From: an uncultured Candidatus Poseidoniales archaeon
GTDB lineage: Archaea; Thermoplasmatota; Poseidoniia; Poseidoniales; Thalassarchaeaceae
Reading direction: 5' to 3'
DNA length: 64,000 nt
Assembly: GCA_963990035.1 (NCBI GenBank)
Contig: CAXDMJ010000003.1
Coordinates: 2,974 to 66,973 of the forward strand
Position 1 is the stretch's first letter. Each line of letters starts with the position of its first letter. The notes under the pieces were generated by a model that worked only from the letters and a program-made list of their open reading frames with translations, did no database searches and was not told where the DNA came from. A program made the position numbers and the translations under genes. This document shows, in pieces, positions 51,923 through 61,101 of the stretch.

Positions 51923-54793
51923 TTACCAAGCATCTTCCGACGAACCTATGATCAGTGTCGCATCTATGGCATCCGCCTCGTCTCTTTCGATTGCTCTCTT
52001 GAGTCCCGCAGTTTTGACCATTCTAGACACACCTCCCGTTAAGTTGACATTTGATTTGACCATTAATGCATATATCGCAGGTAATAGTAACAATGCTGAT
52101 ATTGCAGCAATAATGAGCAATACGATGATGACTATTACGAATGGTTTGATTGCAGGGATAGGAATTTGGAAAGCGCACATCATACCAGCAGCAGTAACTG
52201 TTGTTGCTTCGAATAAACTCATTCCAGTACTAGCGCATGATGACTTTATTGCTTCTAGTGATCCACCTAGTTCTTTTACTCTATTAGCAATATGAATTGA
52301 AAAGTCAACTCCAACTCCAACTAATATCGAACCTATCATCACAGTAACGAGTGAAAGTGCAACGTTTCCAGCATCCATTATCAACCATTGCATTGCTACA
52401 GTAAATCCAACAGGGATAGTTGTTAAAAATGCATATAATATGTCTCTGAAAACTAGTCCTAGAGTAATAATCGTAAATAATAGTGCGAAACCAAGTGAAC
52501 TCCATTGTGAGCCTACAATTAAGTCGTTTACTTCTATTGTTACTGATGCCACTCCAATTAATTCAGTATTTGGGAATTGTGAGTTTGATGCATGTTTATT
52601 TACCAAAGTTGTAGCTTCCTCAGTACCTACAACATCCATGAAAGGCATATCGATGTAAATCAGACTTTTTTGATAATCATCAGAGATAAATAATTCTCTC
52701 ATTTCCTCTGTGAGGCTATTATAGAATACATATATTAGGAAATTCTGAGTTTGTATTCCACCCAAGTCTTGTGCATCTAAGGTGTCCAGAGTTCTCCAGA
52801 AGGATGCATTTCCTGATTGTTCATTATTGAATATTAAGTCCGCAACATCTTTGATTGGGTCGGGAGTTCCATCAGGAATTAAATCAGCAATCGGTGCTCC
52901 AGAAATATTCACTGAAACTGCTATTGCTTTCATTAAGAATACTATAGATACAGCTGTTACTTGATCTACAGATGCACATTGACCTTCTAGACGTTCTATA
53001 TCATCTAATACTTCAAATGGATCAGCGGCTGTTACAGCGAAATCTGCTGATGCACTGATATCGCCAGGTATCAACAGAAATCCAGGTTGTCCCGATTCGA
53101 ATTCATCACTGTAAGTTTTCATCTTAATTACAGCTTCAACATCTTGTGGTGCCATCTCTAATAAATCAAGGTTTGATTCAACGTTATCTCTAGAAATTCC
53201 TGCTGAAATCGACATGGCTATAATGAATACAACCAAAGTTGTTTTAGTCCATTTGATAGGAATTGATACTGCATTAACGAATAATTTAGGTGGTGGATGA
53301 GACGGTTTTTTCAAGTCTAATAGAATAGTCAAATTAGGTACCATTAGCATAGTCATAATATAAACTACAACAATCCCAAATGCTAGTGACCAGCCTACGG
53401 TTTGTATAGGGGCCATTGGTGTGAATGTCAGCGAAATAAATCCAATGATAGTAGTCACGGCAGATAAGAATACAGCTTTACCAGTAGAATTCAATGCTTC
53501 TTCCATTTTTTCATGAGGTGTGCCTTTAGCTTCCGCATAACGATTTGTAATGTGTAGACCGTATGAAACTCCCAATGCAAGGACAATTGGGCCTACAATA
53601 ATCACAGTCATTGTCACTTCATAGTTTGTATAACCAATTATTCCCATTGTTAAGAACACAGAACATAAAGTTGGCAAACCTGATATTATCAAGACTTTCA
53701 TTCCTTGAACAAATCTAAATCTCCCCGTTTGTAATAAGTCACAATGGAATAAGAATAATCCGAAGGACACATATACAACTCCTAGCGGAAAAACAGTCCA
53801 GAAAAGCTTGAATGATTCTTCTGTCACCGCATTTGTAATCGGCGTAGGGCCAGTTAGAGTCATTTTTAATTTTAGTCCATCCCAATCAGAAGTGCCATTT
53901 CCATCGCTATCTATGCTACTTAAATAATCAATATTTGCTTGAGTTTTTTCTATTATTTCCGCAACATCTACGTCACTCGAAATTCCCATGATAATCACAG
54001 CTCTATTCCAATAAAATGCTTGTTCTGCTTCTTCTCTACCTACATCTCTAACAAGTTTATCCAAGGCGTTTTGAGGCATTTCATCTAATATCTGGTCAAC
54101 TCTTTCCTGTTCGTCAGGAATTGCATAATTGCCAATAATGTCTTTTTGACTATCTATTGTTTCATTGATTGTGTCTGCAGCTTCCTCTAGATTAGTTGCT
54201 TGAGCCACTCCTGATGCAAAAGCTTTGGCTACTCTAACAGCACTTGAATTCACTTCTTTAATTACAGCAGATATAGATAATACGTATATGATATCATCAA
54301 ATTCTCCACCATCATTTCGAGCACTATTCATCAAATTTTCCATCGCATCAATTTGTTCGAGTATTGAGATTTTTGTCACGTTATAGTCTTCTGATTCTAC
54401 ATAAATAATCATGACGTTTGTCGTCCAATCCTGTTCGACTTCTTCAATTAGGATTGACACCTGAGAGCCATCCGGTAAATATACCTCTAAATCTCCATTA
54501 ACATTCATCGAAGATCCTTCTTTACAAATTGATTTATTATCAAATCCGTCTCTACAATCAATAGCCCCTGAATGCATTGTGAAAAATCCTGTAACTAACA
54601 AACATAGAACTATTGTTAGAACTGGAAGTTTAACTAGAGCTTGTGTACCTGAAATCCCTGATAAAGATCTTCTAACAGTATTTGGTGAGTGAATTATTGT
54701 ATCTTTAATAGACTCCGTATTTATATTTTTAACATAATTACGTACGGAATCAAATGATTTTTCTTTTGATTTATCATTGTCATCTCGAACCAT
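51923..54793 (-). CDS. RND-superfamily / MMPL-like transporter (12 TM, two large extracytoplasmic loops)
   Basis: Duplicated architecture: 1 TM, a ~240-aa loop, then 5 TM, twice over. The TM blocks resemble MMPL/SSD permeases (e.g. GVSYGLHI, GVGVDFSIHI). Confidence 0.6.
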   Translation of the reverse strand: MVRDDNDKSKEKSFDSVRNYVKNINTESIKDTIIHSPNTVRRSLSGISGTQALVKLPVLTIVLCLLVTGFFTMHSGAIDCRDGFDNKSICKEGSSMNVNGDLEVYLPDGSQVSILIEEVEQDWTTNVMIIYVESEDYNVTKISILEQIDAMENLMNSARNDGGEFDDIIYVLSISAVIKEVNSSAVRVAKAFASGVAQATNLEEAADTINETIDSQKDIIGNYAIPDEQERVDQILDEMPQNALDKLVRDVGREEAEQAFYWNRAVIIMGISSDVDVAEIIEKTQANIDYLSSIDSDGNGTSDWDGLKLKMTLTGPTPITNAVTEESFKLFWTVFPLGVVYVSFGLFLFHCDLLQTGRFRFVQGMKVLIISGLPTLCSVFLTMGIIGYTNYEVTMTVIIVGPIVLALGVSYGLHITNRYAEAKGTPHEKMEEALNSTGKAVFLSAVTTIIGFISLTFTPMAPIQTVGWSLAFGIVVVYIMTMLMVPNLTILLDLKKPSHPPPKLFVNAVSIPIKWTKTTLVVFIIAMSISAGISRDNVESNLDLLEMAPQDVEAVIKMKTYSDEFESGQPGFLLIPGDISASADFAVTAADPFEVLDDIERLEGQCASVDQVTAVSIVFLMKAIAVSVNISGAPIADLIPDGTPDPIKDVADLIFNNEQSGNASFWRTLDTLDAQDLGGIQTQNFLIYVFYNSLTEEMRELFISDDYQKSLIYIDMPFMDVVGTEEATTLVNKHASNSQFPNTELIGVASVTIEVNDLIVGSQWSSLGFALLFTIITLGLVFRDILYAFLTTIPVGFTVAMQWLIMDAGNVALSLVTVMIGSILVGVGVDFSIHIANRVKELGGSLEAIKSSCASTGMSLFEATTVTAAGMMCAFQIPIPAIKPFVIVIIVLLIIAAISALLLLPAIYALMVKSNVNLTGGVSRMVKTAGLKRAIERDEADAIDATLIIGSSEDAW

Positions 54794-54947
54794 AGTCCAA
54801 TCCCCTCAAAGCCACGTGGATACGGACGGGACTTCAACCCAACGCTTCAAAAACTCTTATGAATACTATTTTTTTCATATCATCAACTCGGCAATGGTCA
54901 AGAATAAGTTACTACGGGGTTAGCATATACTGCTTAGGTGAGATTGA

Positions 54948-57413
54948 ATGGGTAAACCCAAAATTACGGATAAAAGATGGTCAATTGACCTAGAAAAACG
55001 TATACAAGAGGAACATTATGGGGACTCATACAGTGGAAGGTATTCTTTCAATCCTGAAAGTAAAAAAGAAATCTTCGTTATAGATACGCCACCTCCTTAT
55101 CCAAGTGGTACTTGGCACATTGGTGCTGTAGCTCAATATAGCATGATTGACGTAATAGCTCGAAGTCAAAGGCTCTTAGGAAAAGAAGTGTATTTCCCTT
55201 GGGGTGTTGATCGTAATGGAATAAATATTGAATTCACAGTCGAGAAAAAAACGGGTAAGAAAATGAGAACCTTTGAGAGAGGGCAATTTATTGATATCTG
55301 TAAGGAAACGATAGAAGAGTATACGCAAGCAATGAGGGAGACTGCATGTCGCGTAGGTCTTTCATGTTCTTTTGAAAACGAATACTTAACCGATTCACCC
55401 GAATATAGATCAGTATCTCAGTCAATATTTGTCGACCTATTCAAACAAGGAAACATAGTTGAAGATTTACGACCTAATATTTATGACCCAGTTGAAGGAA
55501 CTACTATTGCTGATGCAGAAGTACAACGAATCTCTCGTAAAACTAAGTTATGCGATATTACTTGGTTAACAGAAGATGATGAAGAAATTCTGATTACAAC
55601 AACAAGACCAGAATTAATCTGTGCTTGCGGAATTGTTTTAGTTCACCCAGAGGATAAGCGTTATACGCATTTAATTGGTAAAGAAATTAATCTTCCTTTG
55701 GCCGTTGATGGTAGAAGCACCAAAGTCCTAATTTCTTCTCATCATTCTGTCAAAATGGATTTCGGTTCAGGAGTATTGATGGTATGTTCTTTCGGTGATC
55801 AAAACGATGTGGCTATATTTCGAGATTTTGGTCTTGATCCATTTGTTGCAATAAATCTCCAAGGAGAGATGACTGAAATTGCTGGACCATTATCCGGATT
55901 AAAAGTTTTAGATGCTAGAAAAAGAGCCATAGAACTTCTCGAGGAAAATAATAGTTTATCCTCAATTATTGATCATGAACAAGAAATACCAGTTAGTGAG
56001 AGAGGGAATAATCCTGTTGAAATAATACTCTTGAAAGAGTGGTATGTTAAGCAAACCCAAACCTTAGATCGTATGAAAGAGTTAATCTCTGAAATAAATT
56101 TCATACCACCAAGAAACAAACAATTCCTTGATGATTGGATGCAAAATATTTCAATTGATTGGCCAATTTCACGAAGAAGATGGTATCATACTGAAGTACC
56201 AATTTGGTACAGTGAAGATGGCACTAAAGTAGTAGTTCCACCTTCTGGTGAGTATGTACAACCTTGGAGAGATTTACCGCCCATTGGTTCTGAAGTTCTT
56301 GATAGAGAAAGTAAAGAAAAAATCGGAATTTATGAAGATTTAGCCGATAGTCTCGGTGATTTAGTAGGAGAACAAAAAGTTTTCGATACATGGATGGATT
56401 CTTCCAATTCTAATTTATTTGTCTCAGGTTATGGTAAAGATCCTGAATTATTTAATCGTGCTTTCCCAACCGCTTTACGTCCACAAGGTAAGGAAATAGT
56501 TAGAACTTGGTTATATTATACTCTTCTGAAAAGTACTCTTCTTCTCGATAAACCAGGATTCTCTAACGTATGGATTGATGGTCTAGGAATGGATCCTTGG
56601 GGGCGTAAGATGTCTAAGTCACTAGGGAATGGAATAGATGCAGATTCTGTGTTGGAATGTGGATCTGGTGGTCGAACAGGTTCTTGGAAAGTGAAAGGTA
56701 CTGATGGTAAACAAATTAATTTGAAAGCAAATAAAATAGGTAGTGAATGTTTCCGTCTTTGGAAAGCATGTGATGCTCAAGTAGGGGATGATTTCCACAT
56801 TAATCCTGAAGAAATAGAAGCGAAATATTTTGGTGTTTTAACGAAGATCTTCAATGTTGCAAGATTTGCCAGCCAATTCGATGTTCCATCTGACTTAGAT
56901 TCAGTACCTTCAAATCTATCACCAGAAGATAAATGGATACTCTCGGAATTTAGTGAAACAATGTCTAAAGTAGAAAATTCATGGAAGGCTATTGATATAT
57001 ACAATGCTGCTCAGAATATTAAGAATTTTAGTACGGGCGTATTTCCAAGTCACTGGTTAGAGATGGTTAAATCTAGATTATACGATGGGGATGAGATTGC
57101 GGCTTGGACATTACATCGAATTGTTAGAGATATTTTGACTACTTTAAGCCCTATTTGTCCATTCTTTACACATTATCTATCTACGACTTTGTATGATGAA
57201 AGTTCTGTAGATGTTAGAGAGTTCCCAGCGATAATACCTAGTGAATTAGAACTATTAGAATTAACTATTCCATTAATTGAGTTTAATTCTAATGTGTGGA
57301 AATTAAAGAAAGATTCAGGTATTTCTCTTAATACAGAGATACCTGATATCTCCATTCCTGATGATTTAGAATATCTTTCTAATTCTCTTAATCGGATGCA
57401 TAGAATTATCTAA
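54948..57413 (+). CDS. valS: valine--tRNA ligase (class Ia)
   Basis: FVIDTPPPYPSGTWHIGA (HIGH region), VFDTWMDSS, KMSKSLGN. Its 821-aa size fits archaeal ValRS better than Ile/LeuRS. Confidence 0.65.
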   Translation: MGKPKITDKRWSIDLEKRIQEEHYGDSYSGRYSFNPESKKEIFVIDTPPPYPSGTWHIGAVAQYSMIDVIARSQRLLGKEVYFPWGVDRNGINIEFTVEKKTGKKMRTFERGQFIDICKETIEEYTQAMRETACRVGLSCSFENEYLTDSPEYRSVSQSIFVDLFKQGNIVEDLRPNIYDPVEGTTIADAEVQRISRKTKLCDITWLTEDDEEILITTTRPELICACGIVLVHPEDKRYTHLIGKEINLPLAVDGRSTKVLISSHHSVKMDFGSGVLMVCSFGDQNDVAIFRDFGLDPFVAINLQGEMTEIAGPLSGLKVLDARKRAIELLEENNSLSSIIDHEQEIPVSERGNNPVEIILLKEWYVKQTQTLDRMKELISEINFIPPRNKQFLDDWMQNISIDWPISRRRWYHTEVPIWYSEDGTKVVVPPSGEYVQPWRDLPPIGSEVLDRESKEKIGIYEDLADSLGDLVGEQKVFDTWMDSSNSNLFVSGYGKDPELFNRAFPTALRPQGKEIVRTWLYYTLLKSTLLLDKPGFSNVWIDGLGMDPWGRKMSKSLGNGIDADSVLECGSGGRTGSWKVKGTDGKQINLKANKIGSECFRLWKACDAQVGDDFHINPEEIEAKYFGVLTKIFNVARFASQFDVPSDLDSVPSNLSPEDKWILSEFSETMSKVENSWKAIDIYNAAQNIKNFSTGVFPSHWLEMVKSRLYDGDEIAAWTLHRIVRDILTTLSPICPFFTHYLSTTLYDESSVDVREFPAIIPSELELLELTIPLIEFNSNVWKLKKDSGISLNTEIPDISIPDDLEYLSNSLNRMHRII

Positions 57414-58387
57414 TTCAAAGCTGTTGCAGGTTTATTACCATCGAAATGTTCGATTATTAGACTTGCCATTTCTAAACCAATTCTTGCCTGTGCTTCTTTT
57501 GTAGCAGCACCGATGTGTGGTGTTCCATGAAAATTATCATGAAGGAATAAGGGATTATTTATTGCTGGTTCTACTTCAAAAACATCTAAAGCGACACTAG
57601 ATAATTGTCCATTTTTAAGCCCCTCTAAAGCAGCTTCTTCATCAACAATTCCACCTCTTGCACAATTAATTAGATGGTTTCCACAATGAATTCCATCCGT
57701 CCCTTTTCCAGGCATTAGATTTATTCTTGATGTATTAGCTAAGTGGTATGTTTCTTCAGTTAGATTGCAATGTATGGATATATGAGTGCAGATTCTGAAA
57801 ATACTATTTACATCTGTGTGTAAAGTGCAATCTAGTTTTCTTGCAACTTCTTCAGGGACATAAGGATCATACGCATGAATTTCCATACCTAATGCTCTTG
57901 CAGCAATTCCCACTCCTTGAGCAATTCTTCCATATCCTATCAATCCAAGTGACTTCCCTGATAATTCTGACCCTAATAGTTCTTTTTTAGCCCATATTCC
58001 TTGCCTTAGTTTCCTATCTGCTGTTGTTATATTTCTACATGATGCAAGTAAATGTGCCAATGTCATTTCAACAACACTTCTTGTAGATGCTCTAGGTGTA
58101 TTACAAACTGTAATTTCATTTACTGTTGCTGTTTCAATATCGATGTTATCTACACCAACTCCGGCTCTCCCAATAAAAGTCAATTTCCCCTTTTCTTTTT
58201 TAGAAGCAATAATGACTTGTTTAGTCATTTTCGTTGCACTTCGAACTATTACTGCATCAAAATTTACTAACGCACCATTGAGTAATTCATCAGATGAATA
58301 GTGCATTTTCACTACTTCATGTCCTGAATCTGTAATGATTTTAACTGCATTTTCATCCATCCCATCTGTGACAGCGACTCTTGCCAT
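57410..58387 (-). CDS. serA: D-3-phosphoglycerate dehydrogenase / D-2-hydroxyacid dehydrogenase family (no ACT domain)
   Basis: GLIGYGRIAQGVGIAARALGM NAD motif, INCARGGIVDE, GTPHIGA. Confidence 0.7.
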   Translation of the reverse strand: MARVAVTDGMDENAVKIITDSGHEVVKMHYSSDELLNGALVNFDAVIVRSATKMTKQVIIASKKEKGKLTFIGRAGVGVDNIDIETATVNEITVCNTPRASTRSVVEMTLAHLLASCRNITTADRKLRQGIWAKKELLGSELSGKSLGLIGYGRIAQGVGIAARALGMEIHAYDPYVPEEVARKLDCTLHTDVNSIFRICTHISIHCNLTEETYHLANTSRINLMPGKGTDGIHCGNHLINCARGGIVDEEAALEGLKNGQLSSVALDVFEVEPAINNPLFLHDNFHGTPHIGAATKEAQARIGLEMASLIIEHFDGNKPATALN

Positions 58388-58490
58388 AACTCTTCTACTA
58401 TGACTTACTCAATCAATATTGCGAATGTAATTCATTGACCTTAGTATTCATAATACGGCACCCGATGCGCTTGGTCAGAGGTAATGAAGT

Positions 58491-58955
58491 ATGACAGATA
58501 CAGGAATGACCAATGACGAGATATCAACAATAGAAGCAAGCGCACATTGTGATGGGCCATGTGGTGTATATGACCCTGCAAGTGCTCGTGTAGCGGCTGA
58601 AGCAGTCCAATCAATGACAAAGAAAATGATTTCATTAAACTCTCCTGGAGCTCAATCAGAGCAATTTGTAGGATACCTAAATACAATGTCTCGTTATGCT
58701 GCTATTAAAGAGGAAGAAGCTCAAAAATGTAAAGATGAATTACTAGTCCTTTGGACTGATTTTTTCAAGCCACAGCATCTTGAATCAATACCTACTCTTC
58801 ATGAAACTTTTTGGCAAGCTGCAAAACTTTGCTCTGCTTGTAAGGTAGAAGTATCTTTACAACATGCTCAAGAATTAATGGATGCAGTAGAATCAATTCA
58901 TAACATGTTCTGGGCGGCTAAAGGTCGTGAAGTTCCATGGGTTCGCGCTTCCTAA
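58491..58955 (+). CDS. sodN: nickel superoxide dismutase precursor
   Basis: An 18-aa leader then HCDGPCGVYDP, the Ni-hook (HCxxPCGxY), followed by a four-helix-bundle-length body. Confidence 0.85.
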   Translation: MTDTGMTNDEISTIEASAHCDGPCGVYDPASARVAAEAVQSMTKKMISLNSPGAQSEQFVGYLNTMSRYAAIKEEEAQKCKDELLVLWTDFFKPQHLESIPTLHETFWQAAKLCSACKVEVSLQHAQELMDAVESIHNMFWAAKGREVPWVRAS

Positions 58956-59233
58956 ACGTAGTCGTTAAAGGCGATTCAATGTGGCCTACGCTTAGCGATG
59001 GCAGTATCGTTAGATTCCAGAATATTATGCCTAATGAAGTAAAGGTAGGACAAATAATCTTAACAAAACACCCATTGAAAAGTAATCTGATGATCATTAA
59101 AAGAGTTCAATCAATATCTAAAGAAAATGTATTTCTTATTGGCGATAATCCCGATCCTAATGCAAGTGAAGATAGTCATAATTTTGGTTCAATTAAACTT
59201 TCAGAAATTGTTGCAAAGTATATCAAAGAGTAG
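58937..59233 (+). CDS. sodX: NiSOD maturation peptidase (S26 signal-peptidase family, SodX)
   Basis: VVKGDSMWPTL (catalytic Ser motif) and IIKRV...LIGDNP. 19-nt overlap with sodN. Confidence 0.75.
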   Translation: MGSRFLNVVVKGDSMWPTLSDGSIVRFQNIMPNEVKVGQIILTKHPLKSNLMIIKRVQSISKENVFLIGDNPDPNASEDSHNFGSIKLSEIVAKYIKE

Positions 59234-59288
59234 ATATTTTTACAATTACTTTATCAACCATCAATAAAGTAATTTTTTTCGATATAAT

Positions 59289-60821
59289 ATGGCTATAGAT
59301 GTTGTCTGGTTCAAGCGTGATTTAAGGACAAGAGACCATGTCCCTCTTCTCAGCGCTATACTTTCTGGACGCCCTGTATTATGCTTATTCATGTTAGAAC
59401 CTGATCGATTTAAACAAAAAGACACTGATCCAATTCATGTTAATTGGGAATTAGACTGTGCAATTGATTTATCTAAGACACTAGAAAAATCAGGATCAAG
59501 TCTTCATTTCCAGATAGGAGACCCTGTTAAGATACTAGAAAAGATCAATAATGATCATGATATTATGAGAATTTTATCTCATGAAGAAACTGGTAATTCA
59601 TGGTCTTATAGTAGAGATAAAAAAGTTCTGAAATGGTGTAACTCAAAAAAAATTGAATGGATTGAATATCCGAATAATGGTGTAATAAGGAGATTAGAAG
59701 ATAGAGATCTATGGAAAAGAGAAAGAGATTCAAGAATGCGTATTCCTCTCAATGAAACACCTACTTTCAGTAAAAGTATAATCTTTGAAGGAAAAATCCC
59801 CAATATGGGTGATCTCAATTTAACGCCAAGAAATCTAGTTAGTAGACCTAAACCAGGGGAAGATGCCGCTTTGAGGAGGCTCGATAAATTTCTCAACGAA
59901 GACAGTAAGAAATACAGTTGGGCTATATCAAGTCCCATACTTTCCACGAAACATGGTTCTGTTTTATCTCCATATTTCACTGCGGGCGTAATATCGGTGA
60001 GAAGAGTAGTTCAGGAAACTACTTCTAAAATTAATTATATTCGTAAAAATAGATTATTAATTGATGATTATTCAGATTGGATCCAAAGTCTTATTTCTTT
60101 TAGGAGAAGATTGGCATGGAGGTGTCACTTTATTCAGAAATTAGAGATGGAATCAAATCTCGATTTGATAGCTCAAAATCCTGCGATTGAAGAAATTTTA
60201 GATAGGGAATTAGATTTTGAAAAATTCACCAGATGGAAAGAAGGAAAAACAGGGTGGCCTTTTTTCGATGCATGTATGAGGCAGTTAACTTCTACTGGAT
60301 GGATAAATTTTAGAATGAGGGCGATGATGATGTCTGCTGCCTCATACAATCTTTGGTTACCATGGAGAGATACTGGTATATTTTTAGCCAAACAATTTCT
60401 AGATTATGAGCCAGGTATCCATTGGTCACAAGTAGGTATGCAGTCAGGTACAACTGGAATTAATACAATTCGAGCATATTCTATGACTAAACAAGGTAGA
60501 GATCACGACCCTAAGGGTGAATATATTCGAAAATGGGTTCCTGAATTATCTATGGTTCCTACTGATTTTATCCATGAACCATGGCAAATGCCAGTATCTC
60601 TTCAAGAATTGATATATTGCAGAATCGGTATTGAATATCCTGAACCTATAGTTAACGAACTTGTAAGTAGAAAGAATGGAATTAGTAAAACCTACTCAGC
60701 AAGAAATGGAGAAGATGCCCGTAGAATCAGTAAAAAAGTTTTACAAATGCATGGAAGCAGAAGTAAATCTAGACGTAATATTAAAAAGAACGAATCCTCT
60801 ATTCAAAAAAAACTATTCTAA
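59289..60821 (+). CDS. phr: cryptochrome/photolyase-family flavoprotein
   Basis: VVWFKRDLRTRDHVPL N-terminus. TGWPFFDACMRQL...GWINFRMRAMM and DPKGEYIRKWVPEL FAD-domain blocks. Confidence 0.8.
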   Translation: MAIDVVWFKRDLRTRDHVPLLSAILSGRPVLCLFMLEPDRFKQKDTDPIHVNWELDCAIDLSKTLEKSGSSLHFQIGDPVKILEKINNDHDIMRILSHEETGNSWSYSRDKKVLKWCNSKKIEWIEYPNNGVIRRLEDRDLWKRERDSRMRIPLNETPTFSKSIIFEGKIPNMGDLNLTPRNLVSRPKPGEDAALRRLDKFLNEDSKKYSWAISSPILSTKHGSVLSPYFTAGVISVRRVVQETTSKINYIRKNRLLIDDYSDWIQSLISFRRRLAWRCHFIQKLEMESNLDLIAQNPAIEEILDRELDFEKFTRWKEGKTGWPFFDACMRQLTSTGWINFRMRAMMMSAASYNLWLPWRDTGIFLAKQFLDYEPGIHWSQVGMQSGTTGINTIRAYSMTKQGRDHDPKGEYIRKWVPELSMVPTDFIHEPWQMPVSLQELIYCRIGIEYPEPIVNELVSRKNGISKTYSARNGEDARRISKKVLQMHGSRSKSRRNIKKNESSIQKKLF

Positions 60822-61051
60822 ATTATGAATAAGATAGTTGCCAAGAATTCCAATGCAAGAGCTACGCTCATAACGATATCAAATAAGACCAAAAATCGCT
60901 GCTTTGAAGTCGCCTTTCTCAGCCACTCTAGGAAACTCATATCTAGCTTATGAAAGAAATACCAGTTGCAAATTATTAGGACGACGAATGCTATGGCGCC
61001 CAGTAGTGTAACTGTAGCAATTGCCCCTGTCGCCATAATTTCACATATCAC
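60818..61051 (-). CDS. small two-TM membrane protein (hypothetical)
   Basis: 77 aa with two hydrophobic helices. Its stop overlaps the photolyase stop region. Weak evidence. Confidence 0.35.
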   Translation of the reverse strand: MICEIMATGAIATVTLLGAIAFVVLIICNWYFFHKLDMSFLEWLRKATSKQRFLVLFDIVMSVALALEFLATILFII

Positions 61052-61101
61052 GTTATGATAAAGAAACTTCTCCCGGCATATAGGCGATTAATTTTCTAAA
61101 T

